UHGV virus genome: UHGV-0203503
DNA from: a virus
Direction: 5' to 3' (one strand)
Length of the DNA: 14,519 bases
The stretch's first letter is position 1. Every line of letters starts with the position of its first letter. The notes under the pieces are model-generated. The model ran no database searches and was not told the DNA's origin. It saw nothing but the letters and a program-made list of their open reading frames with translations. Made by a program: the position numbers and the translations under genes. Below, in pieces: positions 7,737 through 13,812 of this stretch.

Positions 7737-8172
7737 TCTGCTGCTCCAGCAATTTCTCCAGTCGTTCAAGGCGCGCGGCGAGTTCGGTAATTTCCTGAAT
7801 ATCAAGGCCAGACTTGATAATGTCTGCCATCATCTTTCCGATGTCGGCAGGAACAACGCCAGTGGATACACCCTTGATGATTGCGTCCATTTTTTGCACC
7901 GGGGTTCCGTCAGCAGGGAAGTCGAACTCCACAGGAGGAGCTACAGGCTTAGGAATTGGGTTGAGCCTCAGGAATATCTCTCGAAGCATACTGGTAGCCT
8001 GAGCGTCTTCGCATGTCATCGCCTTATTGATGTAATAAGTGACGAATTCAATCTCACTCATCGGTGTATTCGCAGCACGAAGCGCCTCAAGCAGCACAGT
8101 GCGATAGCTCTTTCCGCGCGGAGGTGGTTGATTTGTAGATGAAAATTTGTGTTTTGGATTTGGGTTTGCCAT
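7726..8172 (-). CDS. terS: Phage terminase small subunit (probable), 148 aa
   Basis: Immediately upstream of and overlapping terL; basic N-terminus and helical C-terminus; start at ATG 8172 (track ORF extends to 8247 but first ATG is at codon 26). Confidence 0.6.
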   Translation of the reverse strand: MANPNPKHKFSSTNQPPPRGKSYRTVLLEALRAANTPMSEIEFVTYYINKAMTCEDAQATSMLREIFLRLNPIPKPVAPPVEFDFPADGTPVQKMDAIIKGVSTGVVPADIGKMMADIIKSGLDIQEITELAARLERLEKLLEQQNGS

Positions 8173-8229
8173 GTCTATTGTGTTCTTTGAGTAACTCACA
8201 TACGTTAATTTTAACACATAGACGTAGAT

Positions 8230-8255
8230 AAAAAAGAACCCGCACAAGGCGGGTT
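8230..8255 (-). terminator. Intrinsic terminator (minus strand) ending the small-gene operon before terS
   Basis: Stem AACCCGC (8237-8243) / GCGGGTT (8249-8255), 5-nt loop, followed on minus by CTTTTTT (complement of 8230-8236). Confidence 0.5.
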
Positions 8256-8299
8256 AAGGTTGGGTGATGATATGAGTGAAAGTAGTGGTGGTTATGTGC

Positions 8300-8473
8300 T
8301 TATTGTACACCATCATTATCACGCTTGCCAGCATGGCACCATGCGTTTTCATCACGAGTCTGCACATGAACGATTTCAAGCGCATCAGGGAATGTCTTTG
8401 CTATCTTCGCGATAAAATCGTCCAATTCGTGCTGTTTGGCGAGTTGCCAGACTTTCTGTTTAGTGGTTTGCAT
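8300..8473 (-). CDS. Hypothetical protein, 57 aa
   Basis: ATG 8473 with GAGGG 9 nt upstream; part of track ORF 8300-8539; last gene before the terminator. Confidence 0.3.
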   Translation of the reverse strand: MQTTKQKVWQLAKQHELDDFIAKIAKTFPDALEIVHVQTRDENAWCHAGKRDNDGVQ

Positions 8474-8639
8474 TTGCAAAAGCCCTCGTAGAGCACATGT
8501 ATTTAATCTCATGCACACCATTGTCTGGCACAACCTCAATGCGATTGCTGAGCTGCACCATCATGTAATGGCATGTCATCATACCGTCCCAGTATCGTTT
8601 CCACATAAATTCCATTGCGGCGTTGATATCGTCAAACAT
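8460..8639 (-). CDS. Hypothetical protein, 59 aa (below ORF-track cutoff)
   Basis: ATG 8639-8637 overlaps the end of the upstream gene (ATGTTTGA); translation MFDDINAAMEFMWKRYWDGMMTCHYMMVQLSNRIEVVPDNGVHEIKYMCSTRAFANANH. Confidence 0.3.
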   Translation of the reverse strand: MFDDINAAMEFMWKRYWDGMMTCHYMMVQLSNRIEVVPDNGVHEIKYMCSTRAFANANH

Positions 8640-8952
8640 AATGCTGCCACCCCCTTTTAACCCATGCTACGCGATTTTTGTTGGTGTGAATCAGTCCTCT
8701 TGCGCTTTCTGTTAAATATGGTAGTTCTCTGTTGTTAAACGGATAATCACCATTAAGTCCAGCTTTAATGAATTGCTGCCGCATTAACTTTCTTGCCTGC
8801 TCCCTTTCCTTTGGTGTTGACCCCATCACCTTTAAATGCAAGGTTAAGGAAACACAAATACCGCAATTACGACTAAATGGTTTACCTTCTGGCGCTCCAG
8901 CATCAATCCAGTCGGAGTATACTTCATAAAAATCAGCTAATTGATTAAACAT
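8632..8952 (-). CDS. Hypothetical protein, 106 aa
   Basis: ATG 8952 with AGGAG 9 nt upstream; track ORF 8632-8970. Confidence 0.5.
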   Translation of the reverse strand: MFNQLADFYEVYSDWIDAGAPEGKPFSRNCGICVSLTLHLKVMGSTPKEREQARKLMRQQFIKAGLNGDYPFNNRELPYLTESARGLIHTNKNRVAWVKRGWQHYV

Positions 8953-9052
8953 AATGCACAACTCCTGCAATAGCCGCTACCAGTGCAAGCACATAAACAG
9001 CAAGGAAAATTTTAGCGCCAGTGGTGTAGTTGCGTCGTTGGTACTTGGTCAT
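8945..9052 (-). CDS. Possible 35-aa single-helix membrane peptide
   Basis: ATG 9052-9050 overlaps upstream TGA (ATGA); translation MTKYQRRNYTTGAKIFLAVYVLALVAAIAGVVHYV; its stop overlaps the next gene start. Confidence 0.2.
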   Translation of the reverse strand: MTKYQRRNYTTGAKIFLAVYVLALVAAIAGVVHYV

Positions 9053-9246
9053 TCGTCGTTCTCCCGCCCTAGATATGAGAGTGATGTGATTGCCACTGCC
9101 GTGAACCTGTCACTGCCAATCAAACTCTTCAGCACCTCGACATCTTCTTGCGATTTAATTCTGAACGTCAACTGAGCTATGCCAGCCACTGATGACGCGC
9201 CTCCTGCAGATATTGCATTGTAGTGATAAATATATCTATTGCTCAT
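9049..9246 (-). CDS. Hypothetical protein, 65 aa
   Basis: ATG 9246 with GGAG 8 nt upstream; track ORF 9049-9252. Confidence 0.4.
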   Translation of the reverse strand: MSNRYIYHYNAISAGGASSVAGIAQLTFRIKSQEDVEVLKSLIGSDRFTAVAITSLSYLGRENDE

Positions 9247-9309
9247 CCACACATCTCCACTAAAGCGTGCGCCACATAGAGCGCACTGATAATTAACATG
9301 AACGGGTAG

Positions 9310-9699
9310 CTATTCACTTTTAGCCAGGCTTTCGAATTGCTGTGCTATGGTGTCAAACTGAACCATCTTGACAACATCGTCGAACATGACAAATTCTCCT
9401 TCATGGTCTTCACTCATGTCAGCACCGTAATCCTCCCGCTTCGGTGCTGCTGCGATAATTTCACCCTCGTATCCGATTCCAATGCTCCTCGATTCACCTA
9501 TGTAGACTACCGGACATCCGACGAGATAATCTGAGTGCGAAGCAAGCTTACCATTCAAAATTTTACCGTCATTCATCCTTACATAAACATCCGACATCAA
9601 CGGAAGCGCCATTATTTGCTCATAGGTTAGCTTTACTGGCTTGGCGGAGTTCATTACCGGCATGTACTTAGGCGGCTTGCGCCCGTTCACCCTGCTCAT
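9310..9699 (-). CDS. Hypothetical protein, 129 aa
   Basis: ATG 9699 preceded by AGGAGG (4 nt spacing); acidic C-terminal half. Confidence 0.55.
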   Translation of the reverse strand: MSRVNGRKPPKYMPVMNSAKPVKLTYEQIMALPLMSDVYVRMNDGKILNGKLASHSDYLVGCPVVYIGESRSIGIGYEGEIIAAAPKREDYGADMSEDHEGEFVMFDDVVKMVQFDTIAQQFESLAKSE

Positions 9700-9841
9700 T
9701 CGACCTCCTGCTGTGGTGCTTCTGCGAGCATTGTCACAAGAGCCATGAAATCAGCATACTTAACATATAAACCAGAAATGTCATCGCCATCTGTATTAAG
9801 CTACGCGTCGTTGCAGTTTGCTGCGTATGTTTTAACTTCAC

Positions 9842-10075
9842 TCATACCCTAACCCCCATAATTTCTTCGTAATAGCCATCTTCTTCAAACTCAATCTTTG
9901 CGATTTTGAGCGCATCCTCATCTGTGATATCAATCGCTTTGAATTTGCATTTTGACAGCACTATGCAGCCTGACAGGATTAACCACTTATTCCACAAGCG
10001 CACTCGCCTGATTGTCCTGCTCGAATACATCTTGTTCTGCACAAACCAGAACTCGTATGTTTTTACTTTCGCCAT
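9842..10075 (-). CDS. Hypothetical protein, 77 aa
   Basis: ATG 10075; GGTGA upstream; track ORF. Confidence 0.45.
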   Translation of the reverse strand: MAKVKTYEFWFVQNKMYSSRTIRRVRLWNKWLILSGCIVLSKCKFKAIDITDEDALKIAKIEFEEDGYYEEIMGVRV

Positions 10076-10111
10076 ATCATCACCATTAAAAATAAGAGTG
10101 CTGAATCGTGT

Positions 10112-10294
10112 TCAAAATACGATAATCAGCTCATCCATCACTCTGTGCTTACCTTCACCATTAAACACGCGCACAACTCGATTTACGCGGATAGATTCCA
10201 TTGCATTGCGTGCCTGCTTGCTCATAAAGTTCTGCGCGCCAACGTGACCGAGTTCCGGTTCCAGCTTCTCGCGACGATAGATAGTCTTTGCCAT
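10112..10294 (-). CDS. Hypothetical protein, 60 aa
   Basis: ATG 10294 with AGGAG at 6 nt spacing. Confidence 0.45.
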   Translation of the reverse strand: MAKTIYRREKLEPELGHVGAQNFMSKQARNAMESIRVNRVVRVFNGEGKHRVMDELIIVF

Positions 10295-10297
10295 TTG

Positions 10298-10393
10298 TTA
10301 CTCCTTATACCCTGATTTAGAAACTGCCACTGCGATAATGATGGATGCCACGATAACCAGACTGGCGACAAGCTCGAATGTTGCGCCTGTCAT
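10298..10393 (-). CDS. Possible 30-aa single-helix membrane peptide
   Basis: ATG 10393-10391 overlaps upstream TGA; translation MTGATFELVASLVIVASIIIAVAVSKSGYKE; stop overlaps the RBS of the next gene. Confidence 0.2.
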   Translation of the reverse strand: MTGATFELVASLVIVASIIIAVAVSKSGYKE

Positions 10394-10575
10394 TTCTTCG
10401 AAGCCTTATATTCATCTTCTGTCAACGCGTATGCCTCGCAAATCATGTTTGCCGCATCAATAATGACATTTGAGCGCATGTCAGCAGGCAGGCTTGGAAC
10501 CTGTTGTGACAATGCCATGCATATATCGCTGAATAACTTCATCTGGTCGATGCTGTACGTGCTTTCTTCTTTCAT
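10390..10575 (-). CDS. Hypothetical protein, 61 aa (first gene of the minus operon)
   Basis: ATG 10575 with GAGGGTGA upstream; ~24 nt downstream of predicted promoter P4. Confidence 0.45.
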   Translation of the reverse strand: MKEESTYSIDQMKLFSDICMALSQQVPSLPADMRSNVIIDAANMICEAYALTEDEYKASKK

Positions 10576-10605
10576 CTCTTCACCCTCGTTTGTTTCGATT
10601 AGTTC

Positions 10606-10634
10606 AATCTACATCAGTTGTGATTCTACGTCAA
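10606..10634 (-). promoter_or_regulatory. sigma70-like promoter P4 for the minus operon 10575 to 8300
   Basis: Minus strand reads TTGACG (complement of 10629-10634), 17-nt spacer, TAGATT (complement of 10606-11); same architecture as P2. Confidence 0.45.
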
Positions 10635-10640
10635 CAGCAA

Positions 10641-11025
10641 GTTACCCAAATAACGATAATTCCGGTAACCAGGAGCATAAAAACCGGTAACTGTTATAAA
10701 TCAATTACTTACTATTCATTCATGCCATTTTACCATCAAAAAAGTTACCGGAGTTACCGGTCGCCCGGTAACTTGAAACCCGCATGCATCAAGGCTCTCA
10801 GGAGAGTTACCGGATTTACCGGGTAACTCCTTACATATATAAAAAGTGTTGAATTTCTTATTATGTATATGATTTATAAGCGTTTTATTCAATTTTGATA
10901 CAAATTCTCATTTTTGAAATTTTTATAAGCTCATATGCAAAAAATCCGGTAACTACGGTAACCCTATAGTTATCAATAGCTTACGTCGGTAACCGCTCGG
11001 TAAAAACCCGGTAACTCCGGTAACT
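10641..11025. repeat. Iteron-like array: about 14 copies of CCGGTAAC / GTTACCGG flanking an AT-rich core (10828-10944)
   Basis: Exact CCGGTAAC at 10662, 10684, 10765, 10946, 11008, 11017; exact GTTACCGG at 10744, 10753, 10806; one-mismatch copies at 10815, 10955, 10986, 10997; palindrome GTTACCGGtcgcCCGGTAAC 10753-10772; IHF-like TATCAAtagcTTA 10971-10983. Confidence 0.7.
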
Positions 11026-11065
11026 ACTGTAAAGATGCGTAAGTAAGCTCATTATCTTGCTGTCG

Positions 11066-11094
11066 TTGACGTGTACATAATATTCATGTATATT
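11066..11094 (+). promoter_or_regulatory. Near-consensus sigma70 promoter P5 for the plus operon 11120-13784
   Basis: -35 TTGACG 11066-11071, 17-nt spacer, -10 TATATT 11089-11094; ~25 nt leader to AGGAGG and ATG 11120. Confidence 0.5.
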
Positions 11095-11119
11095 TTTTAC
11101 ATGACAAAAGGAGGGCTGA

Positions 11120-11398
11120 ATGTACCCAGATGGCACTAAACTAATGTTTGCATACGAGCTGTTATCTTCAATGAAATCTGGTGAACTGGTTGGTATTCAC
11201 TTCGAGAATGAATACTCAAGCGAAATCATCAAAGGAGAAAAGGAAAATTGCCGCTCCGTGGTTATTGATGAAAAGTACCGAATGACGCACAACATGTTCA
11301 GGTCTTACTGCACCAGAATAGCCAATGAACAAGGCATGGTTATAAAAACAAAAACCAGTGAAAGCAAAAAATTCATGTATATCTGGAGAGTCCTGTGA
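11120..11398 (+). CDS. Hypothetical protein, 92 aa
   Basis: AGGAGG 11109-11114 five nt before ATG 11120; stop overlaps the next start. Confidence 0.5.
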   Translation: MYPDGTKLMFAYELLSSMKSGELVGIHFENEYSSEIIKGEKENCRSVVIDEKYRMTHNMFRSYCTRIANEQGMVIKTKTSESKKFMYIWRVL

Positions 11399-13026
11399 TG
11401 ACTGATTCAAAGAAAATCATTGAACTAAAGGAATCTCTGAAGCCAACAGGTAAGCCTGATTCTGGAAATCCACTTGATGAAATTGACGTGCAAGAATTCC
11501 GAGAAGAATACAAAATCCCGCCTGGCTCTCTTGGTGAATTCATGTGCGAGATAGAGAATCATTTTGAAAATCGCGAAGAAGGAGAGGTTTACAGATTGCC
11601 GGGTGCTATCGCTCTTGCTCAAGTGATGGCTGGAAGATACATAATTGGCCCAAGCGCAAAAAACAAGTGTGCCACGGGGACATTTATTGTTGGTCGCTCT
11701 GGCGCAGGTAAGGGTGCTCCATCTGATTTTGTTAAGGCTTACTCAGAGAATCTTGGAATCACTCCACGCGTATCAAAAAGCACAGTAACTTCATTGCGAC
11801 AAATCAAAGAGCGCCTTATTGAGGCTGATGGTTTCTTGCTTTATATCGCAGATGACTGCCCTGAACATCTTCAGGCTTGGTCAGATACGCGATCACCTCT
11901 TGGTGAAACGGCATCATGGTTCAGGACGTCCATTAGTGGCGACTGGTTCCCTGAGTCTCCTGTTGTTACATTGTTTCAGGAGAAGCTGGCCAGCGCTCAA
12001 AACCCGAAGTTAATACTCTCTGCAGCGCAGGCTCAGGGGTGGATGATACCTCGCATCGGCGAATCTGATGGCGCTATAGATTATCGTCGGCTTGCAAAAA
12101 TGAACCATGACATTGGGAGAAGATTAAATCACGCCATGCAATGTTATGACCTGTGCATTAACGAGAAGGGAATACAGAACGTAAGGTTCATTCCGTTCAT
12201 AACCGTGACCCCAGAGCAGGGAATTGCAACAGTACGGAGATGGGAAAAGGATGGTGGCATGGGGAGATCTCTTTTCATTAAAGGTCATGAACACATGCCG
12301 GAACTTAAGAATACTCCTGACATGGAAATCAATAAAACAATAATAAACGAATGGAAACCAAGAATTCCAGGTGGTTTTTTTAATGTGGAATATGCCAATG
12401 ATGGTGTTTCGAAATACTATGAGATGTTGCGCAGGCGCATAGACAAGTCAAGCAACATTCCAGGTGTAATTGGTAGCGTCGGCCCTCGCTCTGCTCAGAT
12501 GGTTATTGAGCTTGCTACTCTTTGTGCATTTGCTGATTTATCATCGCGCAATGGCATGACTCCGCAGGTAAAGGAATGCCATATTGAATGGGCATATGCA
12601 ACCGTAATGAACAGCATGTACGACCTGCGTGATTATCTGGAGGGAGAAGCAGAGTTTGATGGCCTTGAAAACACTGAGTGGGACAACATTGTTATGAAGG
12701 TTAAAAAATGCATTGAATCAAAGGCTTTCGCTGAAAAGCCTTATATTTCAGTTGTCAAAAACAAACTTTGTCGCGACAGAATCAGTAAGATAATTTCCGC
12801 TGCCGATTCAAACTCAATTCAGGTTACGCCGGATAAATTTACTTACGAGGTCATCATTGCGATATCTGAAAACAGGCATTCACCAATAGAACTCGACCCT
12901 GAGAACCCATCAAACATCCGGCTTTCTGGTGGCGGTTCATGGTCTGGATTGCGCATGAATGCATCAGTCAGGAATATCCTGTCATCAGCAATGAAGCGAA
13001 TGAGATTTATGAGGAACTTGAAATGA
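11398..13026 (+). CDS. Large hypothetical protein, 542 aa, with a glycine-rich loop GRSGAGKG and a hhhhDD motif (FLLYIADD); function unknown
   Basis: Longest ORF in window; ATG 11398 overlaps upstream TGA; GGAG 11384-11387. The glycine-rich loop is not a canonical Walker A (K followed by G, not S/T), so no NTPase call is made. Confidence 0.6.
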   Translation: MTDSKKIIELKESLKPTGKPDSGNPLDEIDVQEFREEYKIPPGSLGEFMCEIENHFENREEGEVYRLPGAIALAQVMAGRYIIGPSAKNKCATGTFIVGRSGAGKGAPSDFVKAYSENLGITPRVSKSTVTSLRQIKERLIEADGFLLYIADDCPEHLQAWSDTRSPLGETASWFRTSISGDWFPESPVVTLFQEKLASAQNPKLILSAAQAQGWMIPRIGESDGAIDYRRLAKMNHDIGRRLNHAMQCYDLCINEKGIQNVRFIPFITVTPEQGIATVRRWEKDGGMGRSLFIKGHEHMPELKNTPDMEINKTIINEWKPRIPGGFFNVEYANDGVSKYYEMLRRRIDKSSNIPGVIGSVGPRSAQMVIELATLCAFADLSSRNGMTPQVKECHIEWAYATVMNSMYDLRDYLEGEAEFDGLENTEWDNIVMKVKKCIESKAFAEKPYISVVKNKLCRDRISKIISAADSNSIQVTPDKFTYEVIIAISENRHSPIELDPENPSNIRLSGGGSWSGLRMNASVRNILSSAMKRMRFMRNLK

Positions 13027-13214
13027 GAACAATATCAGGTGAACTTTGTCGCTCAGAAGGTTCATGGCATTTCAGGCCGCATGGTTATTCGACGTGGTTT
13101 TTCTGGAGCGGCATTAACAAAGTATGGATTCGCTCTAATTACCACGTTCTTGATAATTATTGGCACAGATTTTGTGTTGGTTATGTTTATATTTCAAAAT
13201 TGATGATTAAGTGA
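13023..13214 (+). CDS. Small aromatic-rich hypothetical protein, 63 aa
   Basis: ATG 13023-13025 overlaps stop of the 542-aa gene (ATGA); Trp/Tyr/Phe-rich (STWFFWSGINKVWIRSNYHVLDNYWHRF). Confidence 0.35.
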   Translation: MRTISGELCRSEGSWHFRPHGYSTWFFWSGINKVWIRSNYHVLDNYWHRFCVGYVYISKLMIK

Positions 13215-13224
13215 GGGCAAGAAA

Positions 13225-13479
13225 ATGGATGTGAAAGATAAAGTTTTATACGTGATGAGAAAGAGGAAATCCATTGAAAAGACGCTTGGGATTTGTCGAA
13301 AGTTCTCCGTTGCTACGTGGAGTTTACGTCTATCGATGGCGAATGAATTTCCTGATGATGAATGGACAGCGGCAAAGTTACGGAAGGTTCTGATTTCTCT
13401 TTGTAAGGATGGTCTTGTGTCAAAGGATTTAAATAACAGTCGCATCGGTAATTCGGTTTGGATTCTGGAGGAAAACTGA
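13225..13479 (+). CDS. Hypothetical protein, 84 aa, possibly a small winged-helix DNA-binding protein
   Basis: GAGGG 13213-13217 seven nt before ATG 13225; basic N-terminus and helix-turn-like segment; the DNA-binding call is a weak impression. Confidence 0.4.
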   Translation: MDVKDKVLYVMRKRKSIEKTLGICRKFSVATWSLRLSMANEFPDDEWTAAKLRKVLISLCKDGLVSKDLNNSRIGNSVWILEEN

Positions 13480-13784
13480 TGGCTAACCTACAGCTTGCCG
13501 TCAAAGGCGAATACTTCGATGCCATGATTCGTGGAGAGAAAACGGAAGAGTATCGCCTTTTTAATGACTACTGGAAGAGGCGACTTATTAACTTTAAAGA
13601 TAGCGGACAGATTGGAAGGAAGTACGAACGGTTAATTATCACAAAAGGATATCCAAAGAAGGACGATAAATCCAGGCGGATTGACATCCCATATGATGGA
13701 TGGACTGTTAAAACAATCACGCATCCTCACTTCGGTCCTGATCCAGTGAAAGTGTTCGCAATAAAAGTTAACATCAAAGCGTAA
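13479..13784 (+). CDS. ASCH-domain protein, 101 aa
   Basis: Contains the ASCH signature GxKxxExR (IRGEKTEEYR) near the N-terminus; GGAGG 13467-13471 seven nt before ATG 13479, which overlaps the upstream stop; track ORF begins earlier at TTG 13458. Confidence 0.6.
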   Translation: MANLQLAVKGEYFDAMIRGEKTEEYRLFNDYWKRRLINFKDSGQIGRKYERLIITKGYPKKDDKSRRIDIPYDGWTVKTITHPHFGPDPVKVFAIKVNIKA

Positions 13785-13788
13785 CAAA

Positions 13789-13808
13789 AACCCTCCAGAT
13801 GGAGGGTT
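13789..13808. terminator. Bidirectional hairpin terminator between convergent genes
   Basis: Stem AACCCTCC (13789-13796) / GGAGGGTT (13801-13808), loop AGAT; minus-strand transcript is followed by a U-rich tract (UUUGUU), the plus side by a weaker tail. Confidence 0.5.
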
Positions 13809-13812
13809 TACT

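Noticed and set aside
6393-8142. ORFs 6393-6662 (+), 6434-6871 (-), 7346-7570 (-), 7561-8142 (+), 7814-8002 (+) within terL and terS
   Set aside because: All lie inside or antisense to the terminase genes, whose motifs fix the true frame.
8272-8491. Plus-strand His-rich 55-aa ORF (MSESSGGYVLIVHHHYHACQHG...) and track ORF 8276-8491
   Set aside because: Antisense to the minus-strand operon genes and downstream of a terminator oriented for the minus strand; probably spurious, though the His-rich stretch is eye-catching.
10445-10826. Plus ORFs 10445-10690 and 10590-10826 across the promoter and iteron region
   Set aside because: They read through the iteron repeats (repetitive translation) and are antisense to the first minus gene; no RBS.
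10641-11025. Possible CRISPR array because of many short repeats
   Set aside because: Repeat unit is only 8 bp, occurs in both orientations with irregular 9-22 bp spacing, and has no uniform spacers; this fits protein-binding iterons, not CRISPR.
11398-13026. Calling the 542-aa protein a P-loop ATPase, helicase or primase
   Set aside because: The glycine-rich loop GRSGAGKG lacks the Ser/Thr after Lys that canonical Walker A motifs have; without a search or structure the call is unsupported.
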